Part shown: piece after piece, positions 12,108-24,310 of the stretch
Numbering within the stretch: position 1 is the first letter of the stretch
How the letters are laid out: every line of letters starts with the position of its first letter
Assembly (NCBI RefSeq): GCF_000485595.1
Contig: NW_014577070.1
Span: 287,697-322,295 of the forward strand
Reading direction: 5' to 3'
Length of the DNA: 34,599 bases
Source of the DNA: Priapulus caudatus
Taxonomy: Eukaryota
Program-made: the position numbers and the translations under genes
The notes under the pieces: generated by a model
Databases searched by the model: none
Told to the model about the DNA's origin: nothing
Seen by the model: only the letters and a program-made list of their open reading frames with translations

Positions 12108-13489
12108 AGTGGAGGCTTTGGGGCGCGTACTTCCGCTTCATCAGCCAGACTTTAATGTACTAGCCGGCGATCTCACCATATCATGTGACACGAGTCACGT
12201 ACGCGACGCCTTGTAGCCTCGATACGTGTGTATGTGTCACCATATCTCAGTGTTATTTATTCTGTGTTATGACAACGGTGGCTGGCAGACCTTCCTGTTT
12301 AAATATGGACCGTTGGAAATTATTATTTAACTATTTATTTATTTATTTATTACATATTTTTTTTATTTTTTTTTATCAAGCGACGGTTCATTAGCTAAGG
12401 GTATATCAAGGTGAGCTTGCAAGTTCCTCGCCGTCAGTGTAATATTAATTAAAAACAGTTTTAAAAAGTTCTAGCTCAAACAAGTGACACGTGACGCCAC
12501 CAAGTACAGCTAAAGTGCCCCAAGTGTATGTGCGCTTAATTAAACTAAAACACGCATCATGTATTTAAAACTGTACAAGGCGACAGTAAACATAATAAGC
12601 ATAATAACTGATAAAGGCAACTGACATATACATACGAGAACAACACGCATACTAAAACATAACGACTGAGATACCAAAGTTTTATACCAATTAGATTTCC
12701 CTACCAGGAAATGCATTTCCATAGTCCACGAACAATATGCGCAAGACACACGGAACTAAAACAAGGCAAGCGAAGGAATCATTAACAGTGACCGATATAA
12801 GCGCAATAGAACAACGCAACTAAAATGCAAAAGAATGTCTAAAGATCAGTTGCAACAGTGCTACAGGTAACAGACGTTACACAATTATAGCAATCGTGGG
12901 AAATGAAGCAGTAACAGCTGAACTTACAATAAATATGGAAGCAACACCTCTGCACAGTTAACCTTTTAGAGGAGTGGCGGTGAACAGTACATCGCACATC
13001 AAATAATATAAAATATATTGATTATGTAGCCTTTCACGTTGTCTCTGGATTACTATTAATGATAACGAACGCTTACGGATCGATACTTAGTGTTATACGT
13101 GCACACTGTCTACACATACACGCCACGCGCCAAAACAGTACAATCGTACCACCAGTACGACCGGACGTACGACCGCCACAGCTTCGAATCATGGCGATGA
13201 TGACATTGCAGGGCGTGTCATGTGATCCGAGGTTTTCACAGTTGAATCAGTCAGGTGTCGCGCCATAATCATCGTGAGTGGGTTCCGGTGTGCACTTCGC
13301 CCAGCGCCGTCCAATAGCGATAAGCCACGTCCACCGAGCGCGCTGGTGTTAGTCTGACGGTGTGTCGCATAGCAAGCGGACGTGCAAACAGCAGGAACGC
13401 TTATACACGCTTCGTTCTAACCGCCTTCAGGGAAGACCCGCGAACGTAACTACATTCCGCCCTACCAACTCCACACACCGCCACGAAGC

Positions 13490-13737
13490 ATGTACCGACC
13501 GCTTCTCTTTGCCCTGCTCGTCGTCTACGTGGCGGGAAAAGACGTGAGCACCTGCGTTAGCCTGGAAGGGAAAGATGCGAAGGTTTGCACGCAGGTTCTC
13601 GGTCAGTCGGGCAAGATAGTCGTCGGCACGAGCGACCCGCCGACCAGCGACGACAACCGCGTCACGATCTCGTTCAACTCCATCAAAGAACTGAGCGCCG
13701 ACGACGCCGAAGTCGGCAAGGGGAAGGACTCTCACAG
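13490..13737 (+). CDS. SAARP-like exon 1
   Basis: Signal peptide through GKGKDSH; donor AG|GTAACG, phase 2. Confidence 0.9.
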
Positions 13738-16103
13738 GTAACGGAAACGCTGAGCGTACGTGGGTCGCGCGTATAAGCAGTAGCTGTGCTCACAGGCTAA
13801 ATTTAACTGTCGCCGTGCACAGCACACGACTCCTGCGTATATATTTTATTGAAACGATTCAAGTGCCTGTGGCTGTGCTCGTGTTAATCGTATGAATGAC
13901 TCCGTGGGCATTATTAGCAATATTATGCTTGTACCTGTTATTACTTAGACCATATTCACTATTGTCAAGAGCATGGCTATACTCACAGACGCTATTTACA
14001 CTCTATAATAGTAATACTATATATGCAATTTTTACTATACTCCATACACTTCGCTATGCTCTATACTTCAGACTGAATGCCTGTGGTATTTGGTCTACAC
14101 TCTATAGTAATTAGCATATAGTCAATAATACTATAGTACAATATAGACACCCTATGTCTATAGACTAAGTATACAGTATAGACTTTTTCATTATATTATT
14201 ATTACGCGTGAAACGGGTGCATGGGCGTGTCCGTGTACAGCTACATTTTCCGTATACAGCTAACGTGATCGTAGCACGGTACAGGAAGGGTTACTGTCAA
14301 TGCGAAAGAATGATGAATAGCGAAAGAGAAGGGAGAGCAAGAGGGAGCTAAAAAGAGAGGGGGAGCGAGCGCGGGGGACAGGCGAAAGAGAGAAAGCGGA
14401 GAGACAAGGGGGAGAGCGAGCGAGAGAGAGAGAGAGAGAGAGCGCGCGAAAGAGAGAGGGGGAGAGAGAAAGGGAGAGGGGGGAGAAGAAGGTTGTTGGG
14501 GATAGGGAGTGTGAAAAAGATACACATAAGGAATGTGAACGAGAGAGAAGGGGGAAGAGACGTCGTCGCCGTCGCTCATCATCAACGCTACTTGTGATCA
14601 GTGCACCTCTCTAGTGTGACTCAGCACCACGTCCACACCCGTGACCCGCGACTCGAGGCGGCATGATGTGGCAATAATAATATCAGGAGTGAATAATAAT
14701 AATAGATCTATTATTCACTCCTGATAATATACTATTGCCCCACCCCACGGTGCGGGAGCGCTAATATATTGCGTGAGTTACCACTATGTAGTCGGTGATT
14801 GGTTATGTACGTTTACATAACCGAATTGAGTGCTAATATTTGTACATTTGCTCAACTGAACCCACCACGCCCTTATTTGTAACTCGTGAAACTGTCCAAT
14901 GGGATACAGAACACATGCACTTATCTATTGATCCATTACACACCTAGCCTTTATTATACAAAATATAATCAGGAGTAAACATTACAGATTCTATTATATC
15001 TATTATGTACTCCTGATATTATTGATACACGCGCCGCGTGCGCGCACACACGCTCCTGCACGCACACACGCGCGTGCGCGCACACACGCTCCTGCACGCA
15101 CATAATACCTCACGAGAAAATGTGAACTTTTAATTGTTTACGCGTGCAGTTATTAATGCTTGCAGTTAATTTCTTATTCTTTAGTATTTTTTAACAATAA
15201 TAGGCTATTTAATGGGAATTAATCCGCATTTGAAAGTGTTCCATTGTAGCTGGTGTTTTGCAGCATATAAATATATATATATATATTATATTCAATGATG
15301 TGAGTATCGTATCTCAACACGAGTGAGCATAAACACGTGTAACGAACATACGAGTAAAACGCAAATTACGACGCATTTCATGCTACCATCTAAAAATATT
15401 TAACCTAAATTTTAATAATGAAGTCGCCTACCTTGATATACTAGTACCTCATTCGCGGCTTCTAGGACGAACGTTTTGCTCCGAAAACCACCGGGCGTCA
15501 TAATTAGGTCGGTGTAGCGGAAATTATTATTGCTAGGACTTTTTTAGCTACGTACGGTGCTGCGTAATGTGGAATAGCCTACAGCATATACTAATAAATA
15601 CTGATAGTCAGGACTGCTTATGAAATACAGGGGATTTGAAGAGTGGGAAACAGGAAAAAAGAATGCTTTATGCAGTCAACTCCAAGTTTAAGATGATTAC
15701 GTTCTAAATTTAGCGTGCGTCTAATGCACCGAAGAGTATTATAAGCCGTTAAATACGGTAGACATACACCTATAATAACGTTTTATTTTCAGCCCGCCGC
15801 ACCTGTTTGCACTGTCTACTGGTTGTTGGCAGCAACAGCTGCTACCTGCATTCTGTTCGTGACATTATAGCTATCAGCACACTGAATAATTCATCTGAAT
15901 ACAAATATTTAATAGAGGCTGTCTTGAAAGCACGATTTCATTATTAAAGCACTTGGATGTTATGGTATAATATGATCATTATATGGGCGCACGAGCGTTT
16001 CTTTTGCATATGGACAGGTGTTATGATGTTAATGAGGGTAGCCAACACGTCTGATATTGCCCAGTCACTACTTACATATAGCTGCTGCTGCTGCTGCTGC
16101 TGC

Positions 16104-16151
<48 letters not shown>

Positions 16152-19100
16152 TGTTATTATTATTATAGCCCGTATTTACACAATCCAAGGATATATTGGA
16201 AACTTTGCCAAAGTGTCTGAAGATGTAGTGATGAACGTGCGTGCATACACGCACAGAATGATTGGAACTCATTATCATCGCATGGATGCGACAAAAACTA
16301 ACGCATTGCAATACACTGAATACATGTACTCGTTATTCTTGCTGCAGCATCAACAGCTTTGCTAGTCAGACGTTCGTCTTCTCCGACATAGATAATGACG
16401 CAAAGTTCCAAGACATCGGTGCTGTCAGCTTCAACTTTACGGCTGAATTAGAAGGACCTGACGCCACTCTCGCCGTTACCGCCTATATTTTTACGGAGGA
16501 TGGTATGTCATTGATTCGACCGTTGCTAGTGGTGATAATATCGTCACTACTGCTGCTTTATTGACACACGGCTTTGCTTTCCTACACGCTGGGATGCGTT
16601 TTTTCTCTATTCGTGCCTCTTCCCCCCTAAACGTAGAATAAAACGCGAAAAGTGCATTTTTCGATAACGCACGAGCGATTTTGCGAGCCAACATGGCGGG
16701 TTTCTATAGCATCGGCAAGCGCGAGCTGTCCCGGAATCCTGCCCGAGGTTGGCATTTGTAATGAGGTTGTGCTGTAACGGCCATGCTCTACTGACAGGTA
16801 ATATCACGAACGGCGACGAGTGGTTTCTCGTGCAGGCAGGCAATATGAAGTTTAACGTTGAGATCGATAACTGGGCATTTTGCAAGCATATCGTGGAGTG
16901 CAAGCAAGGAAGCACGGTAGAGGCAGGCGAAAAGCTCGACTTTATGATGGACATCAAGGTAGGAGTTTTAAGAAATCGGCGCGAATGTTCACATACGGTC
17001 ATACCACCCGTCGCATGCTCATGGCGCCGATTATTTCGACGCCGGCGACGTGCTTAAGCACTGACGTGCTGAAGCCTAGCGCAGACCTGCGACTGTTTCA
17101 TGCAACTTGACAGCGATTCTAGAATCGCTGAAAAAATTGCTGCGAAATCGGCGGAATCGTCTGCGGGAATGTGCAACTGCAACCCGTGGCGATTCTGGTC
17201 GCTTGCGACGAGTTGCAAGAAATCAAAACTATTTTGATTTTGAGCGACTCGTCGCTCCCAATCGCTCCCAAATTGCTCTAGAATTGCTTCGAAATCGCAT
17301 GTGTGCGCACACGCGCTGACATATCGACCGATGGCTTGCGGTTGCAGGTTGCAGCGACGAGCAATCGAAAATCGCAGGCGTGCGCTAGGCTTTAGCAACG
17401 TCTACACTCCGACGTGATAGTGACCAAATCTCGGACTTCCCCGTGCTTGGAAATGGAATAGTGGCACAATCTTAGCTGGAAATAAAAAAATGATTTCTAC
17501 ATACTATAAAATATTCTACGAAGCCGTGCCTGAATGTTGTTAGACTAATCTACTGCGCGACATGCTGTTAGACTCACGCTTTTAGGATATCCAGGTAATA
17601 CCGGATGTGACCTCGCGTAACCGGAAATGTGTGGATGGGCGGATGCAGTAGTGCACAGGTGCATGTCTGCCGTCTGCAAGGAGAGAGAGGGGGTCACTAG
17701 CACTAATTCATTGTCGATGTGTTACAGGGAAAGGGCAACGCGGCAAAGAAGGACGACGATAAAAGTGGGACGGCAGTAAACTACGACCTGGGCGGTGCAA
17801 ACACTTCGATCATTCTGTCAACAATGGTGCGTACCTAGCTAGCTATTTTTTATCCTACTTCATTATAAACCGTTATATACCGCGCGTGCGTACGATTGTC
17901 CCTGCGTACGAGCGAGCAAGCAGAGCGTGGGTAGGTGCGTGCGTACGTGCGTGCGAGCGAGCAGAGCGTGGGTAGGTGCGTGCGTACGTGCGTGCGTACG
18001 AGCGAGTGAGCAGAGCGTGGGTAGGTGCGTGCGTGCGTGCGTGCGTGCGTGCGAGCGTGCAGAGCGTGGGTGGGTGTGTGCGTGCGAGCAGAGCGTGGGT
18101 GGGTGCGTGCGAGCGAGCAGAGCGTGGGTAGGTGCGTGCGGAGCGAGCAGAGCGTGGGTAGGTGTGTGCGTGCGAGCAGAGCGTGGGTAGGTGCGTGCAT
18201 GCGAGCAGAGCGTGGGTAGGTGTGTGCGTGCGAGCAGAGCGTGGGTAGGTGTGTGCGTGCGAGCAGAGCGTGGGTAGGTGCGTGCATGCGAGCAGAGCGT
18301 GGGTAGGTGCGTGTGTGTAATGTGTATGTTGTATGTGGTCGACGTTTATGTTAGATAAGGATCCGGATTTTCATTCGCGAGCACTCATAGCTGATAATTG
18401 GTCTCGAATACGGCATCAGTGGAGAATACTGTTTGAGCCGTACACATCCTGTTTATTAACCGTACCTCGTTGTGCCACTGCGCCTCGCTATGGAATTTTA
18501 CAAATATTTACACAACTTTCTGCGTGGAAATGTCGGCAAATAGCGGTGCGCGGTTTTAGCAAACTTATGTAGTCAGGCGGTCATAAAACAGTCCGCACAG
18601 TTGGCAGGTGATCGAGTATGTGGGCTGAAGAATGTTATACACGGGTGGAGTGTGTAGTGTGGCTCGACCGTTCCGCAGCAGATATACGCGCGAAGCGCGA
18701 ACAGCGCCACCTGTTGGCGCCATTTCATATAGTTCGCTGCTCCCCATCAAACCACTTCCATGGTTATGTAGAATCAGGGTGTTATCGGTCAATTCAGCAG
18801 TTCTGGCGCTTGGACAAACCTTTGGATTATGCACGTAGGGCGAGAATAACTGCAATGGTCGTAATTGGAGGTTTTTTTGGTTGGCGCGTTAGTTGTTTTT
18901 TTACAAATACGNNNNNNNNNNNNNNNNNNNNNNNNNNNNNNNNNNNNNNNNNNNNNNNNNNNNNNNNNNNNNNNNNNNNNNNNNNNNNNNNNNNNNNNNN
19001 NNNNNNNNNNNNNNNNNNNNNNNNNNNNNNNNNNNNNNNNNNNNNNNNNNNNNNNNNNNNNNNNNNNNNNNNNNNNNNNNNNNNNNNNNNNNNNNNNNNN

Positions 19101-20666
19101 NNNNNNNNNNNNNNNNNNNNNNNNNNNNNNNNNNNNNNNNNNNNNNNNNNNNNNNNNNNNNNNNNNNNTAGCGGTGCGTGGTTTTAGCAAACTTATGTAG
19201 TCAGGCGGTCATAAAACAGTCCGCACAGTTGGCAGGTGATCGAGTATGTGGGCTGAAGAATGTTTTACACGGGTGGAGTGTGTAGTGTGGCTCGTTTTCA
19301 GAGGGTCAGTCAGGATTTTAATTTGTAGTGCAATAATATCCGGAAGATCACGTAATCGCTAGACACAGTAAAGGCGCCAAAATATCAACTCAGTTCCACC
19401 AACCAACAACTTAATACAAGGCACAAGTATAGGTAATGATGGATTAAAATTAAACCGCCTAATGTTTTAAGGTTACAACTACTATACGGTTGGTACTTCA
19501 CATGTATGAGTGAGCAATCCTTAAGCGGGATGGATATTAACAAACTTCTTGATCTTTTTGCGCTCTTACTTTGAAAAATTCCAGGTGGGCCATTATATCC
19601 TGCACAATTTTGCGCTGAAAAATGGTCTGAGCAACACATAAGATCTTTTCTCTGAGTCAAAATTAAATATATCGTATGATCAAAATCACCATGCCATCAA
19701 GGCCGAGAGCACTTCAGTGAAAGCTACAGAGAATAGTACAGCGGGTGCTTATCCGTTAATGATGTACATAAAATGGGCATGGTCGTGATTTGCTGGAGAG
19801 GTAAGCGCAGACATAACAACTTGAAGCAAAACACGAGCTAATGTGTTTTTGTTACATGCAGTACTCGCTAATTTTCTTGCGAGAACATTAATTTGACCTT
19901 TAACGTGCGCTTGGCACACATAACTGTAATGAGCTTGTCAACAATTGTGATGGATGCTAGGTGATTTGTCGAAAAATAAAATATGAACGCTTGTTCGTAT
20001 AACCAACATAACGTTCACTACGCAATGTTTTTACGAACTCTCGTCCGGCTAGGCTCGTCGTGAGCATTTTGGAAGCGCAAATTACTTGGCAGCACAATCG
20101 CAATTTTGCAAGCGACAGTACTTTTTACATAAATTCTTGTTCGAATATCTCGACGCTACCTCACACCTACCTGGTACCATATATGCCTGGAAAATTAGGC
20201 TGTAAATACTATTACAAGTTGGATTGGAACTAATGGCGCTCTAACTTTGTCCACAGGTTTCCAAAGATGGTGAGTGGATGGAAATGGAAAGTGACTACCC
20301 AATGGTGGTGACTACCGGCGGAAAGCAAAGCTTCACTTTCCGTTTTCCCAGGTTTGTTACACGACATCTATATATTTGTTTACAAGGACAGTAAATTTGA
20401 ATACATGTGTATACGTAGTTGAAAACAATGCAAATAGCCGTTAACCAAAATTCTCCCAGTTGTTCCAAAAATTTTTATTCTCTCTCTTGTTATAACGGAT
20501 TTCCTAACTTCTAAATGTCTCCTGATGTTTTTTCAGAGGCGAGCGGTTGCTGTATGATCCTACCATCGATATGGGAATCACGGAAAGCTCTGATGGCTCC
20601 ATGACGTTGGTCGCCAACGCGCTCCTTGTTGGCCTTGCCGCTCTACTGACAAGATTTGCTCACTAA
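13490..20666 (+). CDS. Skeletal aspartic acid-rich protein (SAARP/CARP4)-like secreted, probably GPI-anchored protein; 6 exons (13490-13737, 16348-16502, 16798-16958, 17728-17826, 20257-20351, 20537-20666), 295 aa
   Basis: All introns GT-AG with consistent phases (2,1,0,0,2); 888 nt open. Signal peptide MYRPLLFALLVVYVAG. Family motifs recalled: VLGQSGKI, HSINSFASQTF, KFNVEIDNWAFC, YDLGG, DYP, FTFRFP, LLYDPTI. Hydrophobic C-terminus LVANALLVGLAALL. Confidence 0.9.
14684..14723. mobile_element. CAGGAG...CTCCTG micro-MITE, copy 2
   Basis: 40-bp palindrome with a perfect 7-bp flanking direct repeat ATAATAT. Confidence 0.7.
14970..15015. mobile_element. CAGGAG...CTCCTG micro-MITE, copy 3
   Basis: 46 bp, CAGGAGTA/TACTCCTG termini; flanks ATATAAT/ATATTAT (6/7). 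Confidence 0.6.
16080..16166 (+). repeat. Compound (GCT)n(ATT)n microsatellite
   Basis: Direct reading. Confidence 0.95.
16348..16502 (+). CDS. SAARP-like exon 2
   Basis: ttcttgctgcag acceptor; INSFASQTF...YIFTED; donor G|GTATGT. Confidence 0.9.
16798..16958 (+). CDS. SAARP-like exon 3
   Basis: ctgacag acceptor; GNITNGDEWF...MMDIK; donor AAG|GTAGGA. Confidence 0.9.
17073..17391. mobile_element. Harbinger-like MITE in SAARP-like intron 3
   Basis: TIRs AGCCTAGCGCAGACCTGCGA / TCGCAGGCGTGCGCTAGGCT; 3-bp flanks TGA/TTA. Confidence 0.65.
17728..17826 (+). CDS. SAARP-like exon 4
   Basis: gttacag acceptor; GKGNAAKKDDDK...YDLGG...ILSTM; donor ATG|GTGCGT. Confidence 0.87.
17905..18318 (+). repeat. 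~29-45-bp minisatellite (GAGCAGAGCGTGGGTAGGTGCGTGCGTGC) in SAARP-like intron 4
   Basis: About 12 copies of the core with variable (GCGT)n spacers. Confidence 0.9.
20257..20351 (+). CDS. SAARP-like exon 5
   Basis: tttgtccacag acceptor; VSKDGEWMEMESDYP...FTFRFP; donor AG|GTTTGT. Confidence 0.88.
20537..20666 (+). CDS. SAARP-like exon 6
   Basis: tttttcag acceptor; GERLLYDPTID...LLTRFAH-TAA. Confidence 0.88.
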
Positions 20667-21071
20667 ACTCTCTGGTCGCCTTGCTTCGTATTATCATTAG
20701 CTTCCTGATGTCTGTAATGAGCACAGCCGGAATATGTATGGGATCTACAGAATGTGTTGTATCACTCCATTCCGAGCTTCATGAAGGAAATACATGTTTC
20801 ATTCTTTAGGACTTGATACGGTTAATGCTGATATTGTCTCATATTATTACCATGGTTATCGTTCACTGTAAATAGACCGTAGGCGTCTAAGACCTCAAAG
20901 ACATTTCGCGTCTTGAGACATGTTTGTGTAGTTATTTTTCACTGCCCTGGATATATTATTTAAATCTATGCAAAACTATTTCTGATAGTATGGACCTGGT
21001 GAGCAGAAATAAGTGTGTGTGCAGGCTTTTCGTATGGCAAAAATGTGAAGCTTTCAATATAACATCTAATG

Positions 21072-21077
21072 AATAAA
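21072..21077 (+). terminator. Candidate polyadenylation signal for the SAARP-like gene
   Basis: AATAAA about 400 bp after the stop, followed by GT/T-rich sequence. Confidence 0.5.
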
Positions 21078-23515
21078 TGCATGCGTTGTTATTTCCTTGT
21101 CAACAAGCCAAGCCAAGCCAACCAGTATAGTCATTTACGTGATAAAACAAAGCTGATGCACTAGCAATTTAGCTGTAAACCCGCATCCATAAACTTTATA
21201 CACGCGCCTGTTTTGACATCGCCGCTCTATAAATCCTTTTCATTCACGTACTGCCATTATTATAGACAAATTATTGCATTAGACACTGCCATTAACGCAA
21301 CCCTAGCTATTTGTTTACGCGCCAATATAATTGTGAAGACCAGAGCAGGACAATCAAATTACATCGGAGTATAGGTAATTCTGGCTGTCATTTACTTTGT
21401 CATTTGGTGTCGTAGGTGTCTAGGGATAGCACTCCCAGTTATTTGGAGTCATATTGCCGGCTGTTGTCTTAGATTCTCTCAAAGGTAATACTGGCTGACG
21501 TTTAGGAGTCGTAGGCTGGGTGATCGACTGTATCGAGTAGGGAAAGAGAGGGAGCAGGGAGCCGACGGGCGAAGGTGATGGCTGCATGGTGCACATGCTG
21601 GCTGGATAGCTATAGGTGGTGTTATTATGTACACGTTGTCAGCGGGTTCTCTTCACAAAAGTCGCGTTGTCGCGCCAGCACCAGGGTCGTGCAGCGCTAA
21701 AATAAGCTAAGGAACAGATAAAATATGAAAATCAGAGAAATAAGTTGCGTGTGCGTGGGCGTATGGGTATGTGTATATTAGTAGGTACAACCTTGTATGA
21801 CAGCGCAGCTATTAGCGAAAGATCTCTGGGAAAGATCTGATCGGTACGTCGCATCAAATGACCTGACAGTTTAGGCAATGTGTGGAATTTTTCTGACGTA
21901 TGGTCTTTAATTCGACTTCGAATCACCCTTAGATGCTTCAACAACGGAAAAAATTATGAACCCTTGCATTATGAAGCGAGAACGCCCAAAAATACGTCGC
22001 AATAAATTGTCGGGGCATTTCATGTCCACCGCGATACGGAGAGATTGTTAGGGAACACGTGTTTTTGCACGTAGCCGCACACGGCATCTCAGGCGCACGA
22101 AAGATCAGACGAAAGCAAATGACGGCTGTTACATCTCACCGCATACATAGCGCAACATATATTTGCCAATATATGTTCTCGCGATGTCGCGTTGCATGTT
22201 AGTGGCGCGCCATACTGCCTTTTATAATGTCATGCCATACTGCCTTTTATAATGTCATGCCATGCAACGACTCCTTATATGCGTAAACACGTATTCTGTG
22301 CGTAAACACTTGTATGTAGGCGCTTACAGTAGAGTCGCCCATGCTGTCATCTAGGCACAGTTTACAGCGCGTACGCATTCGCATGGGCACGCCGCACACT
22401 GACTGGTACACACTGTCTGGTATATGTGCGTACCGAAAAATGTCCAAATCTAACGCTCGCACATGCGTTTGTGTCAGCATGTGCCTTTATATGTGTCCAT
22501 GCCGATATTTATACGGAAACGTCGGAACCGAAATTTTTACACAGCAAATCACTCGTACAGTCTACATATATTTAGATCTTCGTGATTGACATAAACAGCT
22601 GAACGAAGATTTAACTTAGACCACATGTAAATACAGCGCACGAACCATCAGGATGAATGTAAGACTCTATACGTAACGTGTGCCAAGTTAGTAGTATTCG
22701 TTATCTGCATGCAGACACTAACTAGAACGTCTCAGAAAATTATGAAACGCAGAAACAAAACTATAAAATGGCGTCGGGAAACCGATCTCATGACGTAACA
22801 GAAATATTTAATTAGGGATTATTGATTATATCGGACAATTAGGCCTATATATAATATATTATACAGTTATTGCACAATTATATATACAACACACACACAT
22901 ATATATACACACATATACAAAGATACATTTGTAACCGTTTTAATAATATTTCGTTTGAGAAGATATGAATTCCCGAAATATGGATGAATATATATAACAT
23001 GAACTCACAAATAACACATAATAATTATATGCTACATCGAACGATCTATCCAACTCTTGTTTGTTTAAGATAGTTTACCACGATAACATACAACTTAGAT
23101 ATATAGGACCATACGTATCTTCAAATTCTTACGCATTATTATTAATAATAATATTATTATTATTATTAATATTGTTATTTTTATTACATTGCGGTTAACA
23201 TGCAATATATTACGAGAACACTTGCATTCAGAAACAAGCAGGGTTAGATATTTATAAATTCGAAAATACCGGCGTCCACAATACCTATATATATATATAT
23301 ATATATGCCGTGCCCATGGTATTGGAAGTTATATGTATGTTTTAATGCCTGTACGTCTGTCTGTCTGCTTGTCCGTCCGTCCGTCCGTCCGTCTACCTGC
23401 CTGCCTGCCTGTAGGTAGTCCACCTTCATAACTACATGCACAGTAAATCTATTTCAAGGGCAACGAAATACCATTGTAAGCACGGTTATTATTTGTACAC
23501 TGTATCTACAAATAA

Positions 23516-24310
23516 TTAAACAGGACTCAGAGAGTTGTCGGAGTGATACTCTAGTGGACCGTCATAGATGTCATTCGCCATGTTTTGCGGCGGGGTGCAT
23601 CCAGATGAATTTGATTCGATCGACATTTCACGGTCGTCGTTGGGAAACGTAACGATAATAGGCCCTGCTTCTCCTCTCTCCTTGGAACCAAACACGATGT
23701 AGTTGGTCTTTCGCGGACTCGGACTGGGCGTGCGTAAAACCATACTTTCGTCATAATTAACCCCAATTTTCGGCCCAAGATACGACGTACCACTGGCGTC
23801 ATCTGTTGGCCAAGCGAAACGGGAGTTTGTCGACGGACGGTTATCATCATCGGCGTCGGCGAGATGACGTAGCAATTCGGCGACGCTGCGCGTGGAGTCC
23901 TGCGCATCGTATACGACCGCCGCTTCATGCACGCAACGTATCATGTCGCGCATGCTGCTCGTAGGCTGCTCGGCGGCGCCACCGTCGCTCTTCTGCGCCC
24001 GCGGCGCCGCGTCCTCTGCAGCGGCAGACTCCCACACCATCTCCCCTCCGCCAGACGGCGCACAGCTCAGCAGAAACTCCTTGACGTCGATCGGTAGCGG
24101 CAGCGGCATGTCGAGTCGGGAGAACGCAGCTGCCCGCACGCCCCTGATCGGCCTCCGCATGTGCACGGCGAGCTGGACTAGGGCCGTGCACAGGCCGTTG
24201 GCGAGCGTGTGTTCGGAGAGCAGCAGCAGAAAGACGCGCGCCTGCTGAAGGTGTCGTAGCTCGCCATGAAGCACGCGCTCAAACTCATCGATGTCTCTCG
24301 GCGCCGTCAC
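23516..24310 (-). CDS. Terminal exon of the TIR-like gene
   Basis: ctcgcag acceptor, 795-nt open frame VTAPRDIDEF...DNSLSPV-TAA, non-repetitive protein-like composition. Confidence 0.8.
   Translation of the reverse strand: MTAPRDIDEFERVLHGELRHLQQARVFLLLLSEHTLANGLCTALVQLAVHMRRPIRGVRAAAFSRLDMPLPLPIDVKEFLLSCAPSGGGEMVWESAAAEDAAPRAQKSDGGAAEQPTSSMRDMIRCVHEAAVVYDAQDSTRSVAELLRHLADADDDNRPSTNSRFAWPTDDASGTSYLGPKIGVNYDESMVLRTPSPSPRKTNYIVFGSKERGEAGPIIVTFPNDDREMSIESNSSGCTPPQNMANDIYDGPLEYHSDNSLSPV

Noticed and set aside
15957..16311. Poly-Cys/Tyr, poly-Ala/Ile and poly-Asn/Ser ORFs
   Set aside because: Intronic (GCT)n(ATT)n microsatellite
19169..19294. 126-bp direct repeat of 18541-18666 as LTRs or a large TSD
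   Set aside because: Abuts an N-gap; best explained as unmerged contig or haplotype overlap
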